Below, one piece after another: positions 10,036 to 20,183 of a DNA stretch of 64,000 bases. Each line of letters opens with the position of its first letter. Positions within the stretch are counted from its first letter, which is position 1. The position numbers and the translations under genes were made by a program. The DNA is from an uncultured Gammaproteobacteria bacterium (GTDB taxonomy: Bacteria > Patescibacteriota > Patescibacteriia > Magasanikbacterales > UBA922): positions 3,050 through 67,049 of the forward strand of contig CAZTEU010000003.1 of the NCBI GenBank assembly GCA_964612105.1. Reading direction: 5' to 3'. The notes under the pieces were generated by a model. That model was not told the DNA's origin. It saw only the letters and a list, made by a program, of their open reading frames with translations, and searched no databases.

Positions 10036-11277
10036 TTATTTTTTGTTACCAAGAAATTCTAATGCTCGTATTAATCCATTGTCTACAATTTCTCCATCCT
10101 CATCATCTTCATCAGGTACTGTAATCATTTCCTCAATAACTACGTCTGGTTCTATCCCTTCTCCTTCTATTACTCTATCTTTTGGAGTAAGCCACTTAGC
10201 AACAGTTAGTTTAAGGGCTGAGCCATCCTCAAAAACCTCAAAATCTTGCACAGACCCTTTTCCAAATGTCTTTTCACCAATTAAGGTTGCCACACCGTAG
10301 TCTTGCAATGCCCCAGCAACTATCTCAGATCCAGATGCGCTTCCTTTGTCCACTAATACTACCGTATCTATATTAATAAGCCTGTGTGTTCCTTTGCTAT
10401 CATAATTTCTTTCTTTTCCACCATTCAATTTTTCCTTTACTATAACTCCAGAAGGTATCCACTCACTTGCTACATCAACTGCTGTTTGTAAATATCCACC
10501 TGGATTACTTCTTAAATCCAGCACCAGACTTCCAACGCCCTTTTCTATAAAACTATTCACAACTTTATCAAACTCTCTCCACGTATTTTCGTTAAAGTAT
10601 GCAATACGAATATATCCAATATCTTCATCATGTATCTCAGACATTATAGTTGGTATTTTTATTGTATCGCGGGTCACACTAAAATCTTTTGGAGCATTGA
10701 ATCCATCCCTCACAACAGACAGAACTACTTTTGTTCCACGTCTTCCACGAATCTTCATAACAGATTCCTCAAGTGATAATCTATACGTCTCTTCTCCATC
10801 AATTTTATATATATGATCACCTGCTAGCAAACCAGAATCAATGGCCGGAGAATCAGGCAAAGGAGCGATAATTGTAAGAAGATCTTTGCGAATTCCTATT
10901 TCCGCTCCAATTCCTTCAAATTTCCCAGATAGATCCTTGCTAAACTCTTTTGCCTTCTTTGGTGGTAAGTATACTGAGTACGGATCATCTAAACCATCAA
11001 CAATTCCACCAACTGAACCATAAAACAATTTTACATCGTCTACAGGCTGATCCACATGTTTTTCTTGTACCTTGTCCCACACTTTCCAAAATTGATCAAA
11101 GCTCACTTCTGGTGAGCGTGTCTTTGAATAAAGGTCTACAACTTTTGTAATCTCTACTCCACCATCATCGTTTGTCAAAAAACCATATGTTGACCACATC
11201 TGACCCACAAATAGTCCTAAAATAAAAATTCCTGTGAAACTCACAGCAAAAAGAAGTATTCTTGTTTTTTCTCTCAT
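10036..11277 (-). CDS. carboxyl-terminal processing protease (S41 peptidase, PDZ domain)
   Basis: N-terminal TM anchor, PDZ (GLLAGDHIYKIDGE) and S41 catalytic region (VLVDKGSASGSEIVAGAL...TFGKGSVQ). Confidence 0.88.
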   Translation of the reverse strand: MREKTRILLFAVSFTGIFILGLFVGQMWSTYGFLTNDDGGVEITKVVDLYSKTRSPEVSFDQFWKVWDKVQEKHVDQPVDDVKLFYGSVGGIVDGLDDPYSVYLPPKKAKEFSKDLSGKFEGIGAEIGIRKDLLTIIAPLPDSPAIDSGLLAGDHIYKIDGEETYRLSLEESVMKIRGRRGTKVVLSVVRDGFNAPKDFSVTRDTIKIPTIMSEIHDEDIGYIRIAYFNENTWREFDKVVNSFIEKGVGSLVLDLRSNPGGYLQTAVDVASEWIPSGVIVKEKLNGGKERNYDSKGTHRLINIDTVVLVDKGSASGSEIVAGALQDYGVATLIGEKTFGKGSVQDFEVFEDGSALKLTVAKWLTPKDRVIEGEGIEPDVVIEEMITVPDEDDEDGEIVDNGLIRALEFLGNKK

Positions 11278-11279
11278 AT

Positions 11280-12581
11280 TTATTTTACGCGCCTAATATC
11301 TGCCCCAACTTGACTTAGTCTTTCTACTACATTTTCATATCCACGCTCAAGCATTGTTGGGTCATTTAATATTGATTCACCATCTGAAGCTAGCATACCT
11401 ATTAATATCGCCATTGCAGGACGAAGCGCAGGTGGTGATGTTATTTCATTTGCAGTAAATTTTGTTGGCCCCTCAATAAGCAATCTGTGCGGGTCTAGTA
11501 GACGAACATTTGCACCAAGCTTTTTGAACTCACTGTAGTATACAGCACGATTCTCATAACACCAATCATGAACCAGACTTTGACCTTTTGCTTTGCACAA
11601 AATAGGAACGAATAGTGGTACATTATCAATGTTTAATCCAGGATATGGTCGTCCATATAGCTTATCTGGTAGTGCAACTAATTCAGATGGCTCAATTGTT
11701 ATATCAGCAATATTTATCTTTCCGTTTTTTGATTTTCTTTTATTTTGAATTTTAAACTTCTGACCCATAACTTCTAGTTTGAGGAGTTCTAGCTCAAGAA
11801 AATCTAAGGGGCAGTTATTAATAGTAAGTGTTGAATCAGTTGTAATAGCCAATGATATCCACGCCATCGCATCAACAGGGTCTGGGCTTGGATAATATTC
11901 ATCTACTTCATTAAGCTTTTTTACTCCAGAAATTTTTAATGTTGTTGTTCCTATACCTTCTATTATTGCCCCAGCTTTTTCTAAAAAGTAGCACAGGTCT
12001 GTAACCATATAGTTAGAAGATGCAAACTTAATCGTTGTATCTCCAGGAGCTAATACAGCAGCCATAATTGCATTTTCCGTAGCTGTGTCTCCTGACTCAT
12101 ACATCACTATGTCTGATGCTGATAATTTGTCGTTTGATACTTCAAAATAATCTGGTGTAGATGTAACTTTAATTCCTAATTTTTCAAGAGCTAAGATGTG
12201 TGGCCTAACAGTACGTGAACCAAGCTTGCAACCACCTGACTTGTATAGTTTGTACTTTTTTTCTCTTGCAGCAAGCGCACCAAAAAATAGAAGTGATATA
12301 CGTACTTTTTTTGACAATTCCTTGTCTATTGACTCTAAATCTAACTTACCGCTTGTGTCTATTTCTAGAGTAGAATCGTCTAACCACTTATGTTTTACAC
12401 CAATACTTGTAAATATGTTTAATAGCCTCTCAATTTCATCTGCATGTGCCATGTCTTTCAGAATAGTCTTTCCTTCTATCATTAATGTTGCACACAAAAT
12501 AGCAAGAGGTCCATTTTTACCGGCTCCTGCCTCAATAGTTCCTTCTAATTTTTTACCTCCATTTACTATAAACTTAGACAT
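11280..12581 (-). CDS. murA: UDP-N-acetylglucosamine 1-carboxyvinyltransferase
   Basis: 433 aa with the EPSP-synthase-like fold of MurA. N-terminus FIVNGGKKLEGTIEAGAGKNGPLAIL, catalytic Cys-containing loop GGCKLGSRTVRPH. Confidence 0.92.
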   Translation of the reverse strand: MSKFIVNGGKKLEGTIEAGAGKNGPLAILCATLMIEGKTILKDMAHADEIERLLNIFTSIGVKHKWLDDSTLEIDTSGKLDLESIDKELSKKVRISLLFFGALAAREKKYKLYKSGGCKLGSRTVRPHILALEKLGIKVTSTPDYFEVSNDKLSASDIVMYESGDTATENAIMAAVLAPGDTTIKFASSNYMVTDLCYFLEKAGAIIEGIGTTTLKISGVKKLNEVDEYYPSPDPVDAMAWISLAITTDSTLTINNCPLDFLELELLKLEVMGQKFKIQNKRKSKNGKINIADITIEPSELVALPDKLYGRPYPGLNIDNVPLFVPILCKAKGQSLVHDWCYENRAVYYSEFKKLGANVRLLDPHRLLIEGPTKFTANEITSPPALRPAMAILIGMLASDGESILNDPTMLERGYENVVERLSQVGADIRRVK

Positions 12582-12650
12582 ATATAGTTGATTTTTTAAC
12601 CAAAATACGCTAAGATTATACCGAATTTACATATAAAAAGCAACCTACCT

Positions 12651-13976
12651 ATGTCATATCCAGAAGTATGGCTTACACAACCAATAAGACGAGCAATTAT
12701 GGCCACCTGGATACTGCTTTTTTTTATTATCTCTCCACTAATTATCCTATACACAATTGGATATAGATTTGATACTGAGAAATACATAATAAAGCAGACT
12801 GGAGTGCTGTCCGTAGAAGTAAAGCCAGAAGACGCAAGCGTTTCTATTAATGATGTGCTTATTGATAAAGAGATGCCCTTTGAACTTACAAACAGAGCTC
12901 CGGGATATTATCATGTCTATATCGACAAACCAGGTTTCCACACATGGGAAAAAGATATAGAGGTGTTTAGCAAACAAACATCATACGTCCATAACATTTA
13001 TCTTCTAGAAGATAATTTACCAATCCCAATTTTTGAAGATTTAAAAAATGTAATTTCATTTAATGTAAGTAATAAGGGACGCTATGCGGTAGTCGTAATT
13101 GAAAAAGACAGTTTCTTTGAGACGTATCACATTGACATGAAGAAGGACAAGAAAACACTTCTGGTGCGGGCTAAAACAAAAGTAGCACCTGTCATTGATT
13201 TCTCACCGTTCGACGAGACAATATTTATTGCTTACGAGAACAAAAAAACAAAACAATACACACTAGAACTAATTAGTGCAGATGAAATAGATAAGCGCAA
13301 GGCATATTCCATAGCTTCTTTGCCTGTCAAAGGAGAATATAGTTGGATAAAGAAAAAGGGTGGAAGTAGTCTACAAATCTTAGATAATAGAATAATTACA
13401 ACATTTGATATAACAAGCAAGAACAGATATGGATTAGCCATACATGATGTAGTACTTGCGGACAACAATGGGATGATTTGGGAGTTTAGCAAAAAAGACA
13501 AAAAAATAATTAGCAAGGAGCATGAGATAAAAGTAGATAGGGAAATAACGAAAATATTGCATGTCGATGAAAAGATAATGCTTGCGTATACAGAAAACGG
13601 AATGATGATTATAGATAGGACAGATGATGGTCATACTCAAGAAATTTCCGCTATTGAAATAAAGTATGAAGTAGATACTGAAAAATGGCTAGCTTGGTCA
13701 AAATGGGAGTTTTGGGAAATAGACCAAGAAGGAGATGTAAAATTACTAAACCGTGCAGGAAATGAGATTAAACAGATTTTCTCAATTAATGAACACAGTG
13801 CGGTTGGAATTGTGTCTAATAATACTATTAACATATTTGATCCAGTATATAACACAGAACATCTTATATTTGATACTGGAGATATTGAACATATTTTTGT
13901 AGATAAAAAAGAAAAAAAGCTCCTATTCCTTGGAACTGTTGCAAACAAACATGGAATTTTTGAACTAGAGTATTAG
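12651..13976 (+). CDS. membrane-anchored PEGA-domain protein with C-terminal beta-rich region
   Basis: N-terminal TM helix, a PEGA-like segment (LSVEVKPEDASVSINDVLIDKEMPFEL...PGYYHVYIDKPGF), then ~300 aa predicted beta-rich. Confidence 0.45.
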   Translation: MSYPEVWLTQPIRRAIMATWILLFFIISPLIILYTIGYRFDTEKYIIKQTGVLSVEVKPEDASVSINDVLIDKEMPFELTNRAPGYYHVYIDKPGFHTWEKDIEVFSKQTSYVHNIYLLEDNLPIPIFEDLKNVISFNVSNKGRYAVVVIEKDSFFETYHIDMKKDKKTLLVRAKTKVAPVIDFSPFDETIFIAYENKKTKQYTLELISADEIDKRKAYSIASLPVKGEYSWIKKKGGSSLQILDNRIITTFDITSKNRYGLAIHDVVLADNNGMIWEFSKKDKKIISKEHEIKVDREITKILHVDEKIMLAYTENGMMIIDRTDDGHTQEISAIEIKYEVDTEKWLAWSKWEFWEIDQEGDVKLLNRAGNEIKQIFSINEHSAVGIVSNNTINIFDPVYNTEHLIFDTGDIEHIFVDKKEKKLLFLGTVANKHGIFELEY

Positions 13977-15070
13977 ATTTCTAGTACTGCATTATCACCT
14001 ATAATCATGCGCTTTCCCTCTGGGTGTGCGCTATGTTTTTTTTGTATCTTAACACTCTTGCCTACAATACTGTTTCCAATATGAATATCACAATCAATGT
14101 TAGCATTATCTAAAACAATAGAATTCTCAATATGAGCTCCGCCCTGCACCTCTGTCCCCTGCCCAATTGTAGTATAAGGACCAATAGTACAATTCTCTAG
14201 AATACAATTCTCAGCAATTATAGATGGGCCATAAATACGCACTCCTTTTTTAACCTGTGTGCCAATACCTATATGAACCATTTCGTCTATGTTTGCATTT
14301 TCATCCACCATCACGCCGGGCAAAATTTGCTGTGATGAAATATCTTTTAACAACAACTTATTTGCTGTAACAAGATCCTCAGGTTTTCCTGTGTCTTTCC
14401 ACCAACCTGTTATTTCTTCATAACCAACTCTTTTCCCATCATTTAACAGCAGTGAGTGAATATCTGAAATTTCGTACTCTCCACGTGAACTTTTTCCAAT
14501 CCTATTAAATGCATCGAAAAACACACCAGGACCATACAGATAAATTCCTGTTACAGCAAAATCATTTGGTGGATTTTTTGGTTTCTCCTGCACTTCCTTT
14601 AATGTAACTCCATCTTCCTTAAATACAGGAACACCAAAGCGTTCTGGATCTTTTACTTTTGAGAATGCAAGCATGCAATCACATTTATCTTGATAAAATT
14701 TCTCAAAAAGCCCACTCAAGCCTCCAAGTAAAATATTATCAGAAAGATAAAACATAAAAGGATCGTTGCCAATAAATTTTTGAGCCTCATTTACTACGTG
14801 AGCTATTCCCTGTGGACCACCTGTTTGTTCAAAAAAAGTAATATTGATTCCCCAATGTCCCCCATCTCCAATGTGCTTTTGTAATTCAGTCTCCCCTGGG
14901 TTTGTATTTATAAAAATATCAGTTACACCAACCTCAATAGCTTTTTCTATTGCATGAAAAATCATTGGCTTATTTGCAAGTGGTAATAGATGTTTATTAA
15001 TTGTACTTGTGATTGGCCTCAGTCTGGTTGCATGACCACCACCTGTTAATATTGCTTTACGAATTTTCAT
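13973..15070 (-). CDS. long-form glucose-1-phosphate thymidylyl/nucleotidyltransferase (RmlA-like) with C-terminal left-handed beta-helix domain
   Basis: GGGHATRLRPIT (GxGxRLxPxT) nucleotidyltransferase motif plus C-terminal hexapeptide repeats. 4-bp overlap with the upstream PEGA gene. Confidence 0.85.
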   Translation of the reverse strand: MKIRKAILTGGGHATRLRPITSTINKHLLPLANKPMIFHAIEKAIEVGVTDIFINTNPGETELQKHIGDGGHWGINITFFEQTGGPQGIAHVVNEAQKFIGNDPFMFYLSDNILLGGLSGLFEKFYQDKCDCMLAFSKVKDPERFGVPVFKEDGVTLKEVQEKPKNPPNDFAVTGIYLYGPGVFFDAFNRIGKSSRGEYEISDIHSLLLNDGKRVGYEEITGWWKDTGKPEDLVTANKLLLKDISSQQILPGVMVDENANIDEMVHIGIGTQVKKGVRIYGPSIIAENCILENCTIGPYTTIGQGTEVQGGAHIENSIVLDNANIDCDIHIGNSIVGKSVKIQKKHSAHPEGKRMIIGDNAVLEI

Positions 15071-15071
15071 A

Positions 15072-16172
15072 TTACCACCAAATTAATCCTTTAACTACAA
15101 TCATATAATACAATTTCATCAACGGATTTCCAATATATACTAAAATAGGATTTTCCATTGATGATTCTTGAAACTTTATTTCTGGAACAGTAAAAGACAG
15201 TAGAAATCTATCAGAAACTTTTCTCATTTTCTGAATCTTCTTTCTTTTTCCTAACCAAAGTTTCCAATTCTTTGATTTCATCCAATATTTCCAAACCTCA
15301 ACACGCTTGTTAAACCACCCGCCTTTTATTGAAAACAGCCATAATCCTAATTCCATTACTAAAAACATTGGGAAAAGTAATATTAAGGTTGGCAAACGGA
15401 AAAACATTAACATTACACCATACCTATTACGCTCCATCCAGTAGAATTTTTCAATACTTCTGCTAAATTGATATTTATGGTAGAAAATTGAATCTCTAAT
15501 TAGTTTTATATTATAGCCTGCCATACGCAACCTAAATGACCATTCTAAATCTTCATGATAAAGGAAAAAGTCATTATCCCAACTTCCAAATTCTTCAATT
15601 ACACTTGCTCTCACCATAAGAGCGGCGCCACTTGCATATGAGACTTCTTTCACAGGAGGTGATTTATAATCTACCATCTTAGTGCGATATTCACCACAGT
15701 ATCCAAAACCCAAGAAATGCATAGAATTGCCTGCACTATTTAATAGCGAAGTTTCTGGATGGAGAAGCATTAAGGACTGTGCAAGACCAATTTTATCATT
15801 CTCTTCCATTGCATTTACAATTGGCTCAAGACAGTTAGATGCCGTGAAACCATCATTATTGTGGAAGTATATGTAATCGTATCCATTTTCTAGCGCCCAT
15901 TTTACACCTGCGTTATTCCCACCAGCAAAACCTAAATTTTCCTTTTGTGAAAGTAATACAACTTCTGGAATTTCTTTGCCAGAAAGAGGAAGTACATGGC
16001 TCTCTAAATATCTTGTAGATGAACCGTGTTTAGGGTGAGGATTATCTACAATGATAAAAGAAACCTTATCCTTTGGATATGTTAATTTCTTAAGTGAAGA
16101 CACAACATCATCAATGTATGGTTCACAATGAAAAGAAAGATAAACAATTGCTACTTTAGGAAAGTCCTGCAT
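15072..16172 (-). CDS. family 2 glycosyltransferase (GT-A) with C-terminal TM helices
   Basis: GT2 N-terminal pattern and a DxD-like motif (HNNDGF). Overlaps the next GT2 gene. Confidence 0.75.
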   Translation of the reverse strand: MQDFPKVAIVYLSFHCEPYIDDVVSSLKKLTYPKDKVSFIIVDNPHPKHGSSTRYLESHVLPLSGKEIPEVVLLSQKENLGFAGGNNAGVKWALENGYDYIYFHNNDGFTASNCLEPIVNAMEENDKIGLAQSLMLLHPETSLLNSAGNSMHFLGFGYCGEYRTKMVDYKSPPVKEVSYASGAALMVRASVIEEFGSWDNDFFLYHEDLEWSFRLRMAGYNIKLIRDSIFYHKYQFSRSIEKFYWMERNRYGVMLMFFRLPTLILLFPMFLVMELGLWLFSIKGGWFNKRVEVWKYWMKSKNWKLWLGKRKKIQKMRKVSDRFLLSFTVPEIKFQESSMENPILVYIGNPLMKLYYMIVVKGLIWW

Positions 16173-17013
16173 AATATTTGTGATTTCCTCTCCATTTCCA
16201 TAAGAATTTTATCCAGCTAGATAAATGAATTCTTGCTAGTTTATTTTTTAACAAAGCCTTAACAATTCCCGGCACTTTTGCTGAACCTCGCTCATAAGCG
16301 TGCTTGATCACTATATCATGTACATAGTACACAGGCCAACCATGCTCCCACATATTTCTACACCAATCAGCATCCTCTAGATACATGAAATATCTATCAT
16401 CAAACCAGCCTATTTGATCCACCACTTCTTTTCTAACAACAAGCGAAGCTCCCAAGACCCAATCAACAGGCTGAGTTTTATTATGATCAAAATCTTTCAT
16501 CAAAAGTCTATCTGTATATTTTTTTACCCACTTATACTTCTTATCCAAATTCATTTGTTTAAATGGCTTAATCAACATTGAGGAAAGATTAAAACGATAA
16601 CACGACTCCTGTAAAGTTCCATCCATATTAAGTAGTTTTGTACCTATACATCCAATTTTTGGCTCACTATCCATAAATTTTATAAGACGCTCTACTGTGT
16701 ATGAATGCGTAGGAATAATTGTATCCCTATTGAGTGCAAAATAGTAGCGAGCGGGCGTTGCCTTAAAACCTTCTGTATTTCCTTTTCCAAACCCAACATT
16801 ACCACCACAGTCCACATACTTTATAGATGGAAACTTTTGCTCTAACTCATCTCTTATTTTATCTTTGTTTTCTGAATTATCAGCTACTGTAATCTGCACA
16901 TCATATGGACAATCACAAATATCTTCTTCGAGCGATTCAACAGCACGCAGAATATCATCTTTCATTAGATAATTTAGCAATACAATATTTATGTCTTTCA
17001 TAGTGACCACCAT
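16156..17013 (-). CDS. family 2 glycosyltransferase
   Basis: Fold pattern similar to the neighbouring GT2 genes (ITVADNSENKD). Confidence 0.7.
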   Translation of the reverse strand: MVVTMKDINIVLLNYLMKDDILRAVESLEEDICDCPYDVQITVADNSENKDKIRDELEQKFPSIKYVDCGGNVGFGKGNTEGFKATPARYYFALNRDTIIPTHSYTVERLIKFMDSEPKIGCIGTKLLNMDGTLQESCYRFNLSSMLIKPFKQMNLDKKYKWVKKYTDRLLMKDFDHNKTQPVDWVLGASLVVRKEVVDQIGWFDDRYFMYLEDADWCRNMWEHGWPVYYVHDIVIKHAYERGSAKVPGIVKALLKNKLARIHLSSWIKFLWKWRGNHKYYAGLS

Positions 17014-18041
17014 CTTCTAATTTCTTTCCAGCCCACTCTTCTTTTATTAACTATCTGCATTCTTTTATTTTTTAGTGTCTTTCTTGCTCTTAAAACTTCA
17101 TATAATCCCTCCAATGCTCTTCTGTTAAAAAGTAAGAAGTATACAAATTTCTTTAATTCATACCATAAAATCCAAGGAAAATCAAGTATGAAATTTAGTA
17201 TATATTCATTTTTGTAAATTGTACTCAGATGATTTTTATAACTATTATAAGTCACCCATGGTGATTGCTTCATTTTGTTTTTTATTGCAGACATATCATC
17301 CATTAGTCTTGGCCCCGCCCCAGATCTATCATGATATGCAACAGCATCTAATAATACAACAGAATCATATCCAGATGAACGAAGTCTGTATGCTAGATCC
17401 ACATCTTCTTTGTATGAACCATAGGTTTCATCAAATAAGTTACCGTTTTCGAAGGATACAACATCTAGCACTTCTTTGCGAAAAAAAGGAAGGGCTCCAG
17501 ATACTCCAAAAACCTCTAATACATTAGTATCAAATTGAATCTTAATTTCATTCCAATTTTCTGCTGTGTATTGTTCCACAACTCTTCTTGTGCGCATAAC
17601 TTTTAGACCAAGAGCATCTATTTTGTTAGAAAAGCTATCCTCAACTTTATCTGATAAGTTGTCAAAATCCCAACGCATTAGCCTTGGAGACAAAGACGCA
17701 ACGTTTTCATTTTTTTCTAAAAAATCTACCATCTTCTCAAAGCAGTCAGGTGCTATGTACATATCTTGGTTTAGGAGAAGCACATATTCTGAATTTGTAT
17801 CCCTAAGTAGTTTATTATGTCCACCAGCAAAACCAATGTTATCTCTTAATTCAACAAGTCTGTTTTGAATTGTAAAATTTCCTAATTCTTTTTTTATATA
17901 TTCCAAAGTTTTATCTGTTGATCCATTATCTAAAACATGTAGTTCCCAATCTGTATATGTTTGCTTTCTTAGGGATTCAAAAACATGCGGAATATATTCA
18001 GCCCCGTTCCAAGCAACAAGATGTACTGATAATTTTTTCAT
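16998..18041 (-). CDS. family 2 glycosyltransferase
   Basis: LSVHLVAWNGAEYIPHVFESLRKQTYTDWELHVLDNGSTD, a canonical GT2 N-terminus. Confidence 0.75.
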   Translation of the reverse strand: MKKLSVHLVAWNGAEYIPHVFESLRKQTYTDWELHVLDNGSTDKTLEYIKKELGNFTIQNRLVELRDNIGFAGGHNKLLRDTNSEYVLLLNQDMYIAPDCFEKMVDFLEKNENVASLSPRLMRWDFDNLSDKVEDSFSNKIDALGLKVMRTRRVVEQYTAENWNEIKIQFDTNVLEVFGVSGALPFFRKEVLDVVSFENGNLFDETYGSYKEDVDLAYRLRSSGYDSVVLLDAVAYHDRSGAGPRLMDDMSAIKNKMKQSPWVTYNSYKNHLSTIYKNEYILNFILDFPWILWYELKKFVYFLLFNRRALEGLYEVLRARKTLKNKRMQIVNKRRVGWKEIRRWWSL

Positions 18042-18050
18042 CCTAATATA

Positions 18051-18899
18051 TTATTTAAACTTATCGTTTATCCACGCCAATGAAACCCCAACAGGACGAA
18101 ATACCGCAATCCAAATCCATTTATACCAAGACTCCCACTTCATAAAATAGATTAACATACTTTCTGTAAACTGTTTTTGCTTCCATAGTGTTGTAAGTTT
18201 CTTAAAGCTCTGCCCAACATAATCTGTACAAGAAATTATGGGAGTATATACCACTCTGTACCCCAATCGCTTTGCTTCTCTGCAAATATCAACATCTTCA
18301 TACCAAATAAAATAGCGAGGATCAAAAGCCCAACCAAGCTCATCAATAAAGTCACGTCTCATCAGCATAAAAGAACCACGTATTGAATCCACATCTTGTT
18401 CTCTATTCTCATTAAAACCAACCATGTGATACTTATTTAGAATTGAAGGAAATATATGTGGTAGTTTTAGAATAAGAGCAACCTGTTCCCACACCCTAGG
18501 AAATCTTCTCGGTGAAGCATTCAAGTTAAATTTTCCATTTTCATCAATAAGTTTTGGGCTTGCAATTGCCACATCTCTGTTTTTCTTCATCCAATCTACT
18601 ATCACATCTAAACTTCCATTCTTAATCTTCATATCTGGGTTAAGAAATAAAACATAATCACCACTTGCAATCTCCAAACCCTTGTTGTTTGCTGCACCAA
18701 AACCAATATTACTTTTATTTTCAATAATTTTTACTTGCGGAAACTCACTTCTAATTAATTTGACTGTATTGTCCTCTGAACCATTGTCTACAATAATTTC
18801 TTCACAAGCTAAGTTCTTACAACCTAAATAAACAGATGCAATCTGCCTACTTATTTCTTTCTCAGCATTCCATGTAACTGTAATTACAGACAAGTCCAT
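18051..18899 (-). CDS. family 2 glycosyltransferase
   Basis: LSVITVTWNAEKEI...EIIVDNGSEDNT, with DxD region FLNPDM. The ORF-track start at 18965 would overlap the cupin gene. The internal Met at 18899 (MDLSVITV...) immediately follows the cupin stop. Confidence 0.72.
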   Translation of the reverse strand: MDLSVITVTWNAEKEISRQIASVYLGCKNLACEEIIVDNGSEDNTVKLIRSEFPQVKIIENKSNIGFGAANNKGLEIASGDYVLFLNPDMKIKNGSLDVIVDWMKKNRDVAIASPKLIDENGKFNLNASPRRFPRVWEQVALILKLPHIFPSILNKYHMVGFNENREQDVDSIRGSFMLMRRDFIDELGWAFDPRYFIWYEDVDICREAKRLGYRVVYTPIISCTDYVGQSFKKLTTLWKQKQFTESMLIYFMKWESWYKWIWIAVFRPVGVSLAWINDKFK

Positions 18900-18900
18900 A

Positions 18901-19317
18901 TTATTCCTTTGATAGTTGTTCATCGATTTCGAAATTATTTCCTTTTCCACTACGCCCATAATCATCTTCTATTTTTACAACATCATCAAGGTCACTCGTG
19001 GAGACCTCAAAAATTTCAGAATCTTCTATACCATATGCACGATGAACCATTCCAGGATATACATCTAGCTTGTCCCCAGGATTTAAAATGATTTCATCTA
19101 GCTCATCTTTGGATGGTCCTAACAAAAACTTGATTTTTCCTTTTAATACATATTGTGTTTCTGTTTTCCTTTCATGATACTGTAAAGAATATTGATGACC
19201 CTTTTTAATATGTAATATTTTTCCACAATACTGGTCATGGCAGGCAAACCAGATCTCTTTACCCCATGGTTTTGGCACTACCTTAATTGGAGTTTGTTCG
19301 CTCATACTTACTAACAA
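18901..19317 (-). CDS. cupin-fold protein (PMI type II C-terminal-like cupin)
   Basis: WGKEIWFA...GxxxSLQYHERKTETQYVLKGK...PGMVHRAYG, cupin motifs 1 and 2. Confidence 0.55.
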   Translation of the reverse strand: MLVSMSEQTPIKVVPKPWGKEIWFACHDQYCGKILHIKKGHQYSLQYHERKTETQYVLKGKIKFLLGPSKDELDEIILNPGDKLDVYPGMVHRAYGIEDSEIFEVSTSDLDDVVKIEDDYGRSGKGNNFEIDEQLSKE

Positions 19318-20180
19318 CTGAGAATGTCATTTGACGAAATATTTTTTTTCTTCGCCTCTGCGTACTTCTCCATGGTATCTCGCAAAGCTTCTTTAACATC
19401 CCGCATCTCAATTCCAATTTTCTGTAAATTTTCTGAATGTAAAAAGTTATTTGATCTTCCTTTTGTTGCTATACCCTGCCCCACCAGATCATCATTACTA
19501 ATCCATTCATTTGTGTGAGTGGGATCCACCAGCTCTTCATACAATGAGATAAGATCTCGATGTCTCATTGTTCCAGGATTTGTCACATGAAAAATACCAC
19601 TCGCTTTCTTTTCCATTAGTTTATAAAAAACATCAATCATGTCATCAATAATTGTTACACTATTCTCAACATCAATTACTTTTGGATATTTAGCTAGTTT
19701 GTCTATCAGATTATTAGGTGCAGGTATCCAATCTATAGGCATACGTATCCTTGCTATCCCAACATTATCTAAAGTAGACAACGCAAGGTCTGCAGCAAGT
19801 TTTGTTCGCGAGTACACAGGTACAGGATTTCCAAAATCATCTTCTCTCCACTTCTTATCTGCATGAGGTGAGTCTCCGTAAAAAATGCATCCAGATCCAA
19901 TATGCAATAAATACTTCCCTCTTGTTTGACATGCTTCCGCAATAAGTATGGGTAATTTAGTATTTCCAATTATAGTTTCCATCTGATTATCCTCACACCA
20001 ATCGACGTTAGGATATCCACGAACACCTGCAGCATTAAATACAACATCTGGGTTATGCTTATCTATTAAATCCAATACATCCTGTGTTTTGTGTATTCGC
20101 TTATCTGCAATGACAGAATCATTCCAAGAGTCTGCACATCTTTTTCCAATAAAACCTTTTCCTATAATAAGAATCTTCAT
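19311..20180 (-). CDS. dTDP-4-dehydro-6-deoxyhexose reductase (RmlD-like sugar nucleotide-binding protein)
   Basis: N-terminal Rossmann motif MKILIIGKGFIGKR with RmlD-like length (289 aa). Sits in an rml operon. Confidence 0.7.
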   Translation of the reverse strand: MKILIIGKGFIGKRCADSWNDSVIADKRIHKTQDVLDLIDKHNPDVVFNAAGVRGYPNVDWCEDNQMETIIGNTKLPILIAEACQTRGKYLLHIGSGCIFYGDSPHADKKWREDDFGNPVPVYSRTKLAADLALSTLDNVGIARIRMPIDWIPAPNNLIDKLAKYPKVIDVENSVTIIDDMIDVFYKLMEKKASGIFHVTNPGTMRHRDLISLYEELVDPTHTNEWISNDDLVGQGIATKGRSNNFLHSENLQKIGIEMRDVKEALRDTMEKYAEAKKKNISSNDILSC

Positions 20181-20183
20181 AAA

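Noticed and set aside
9750-10124. 124-aa plus-strand ORF antisense to the YtxH-like and CtpA genes
   Set aside because: Low-complexity translation overlapping two well-supported minus-strand genes; no start context.
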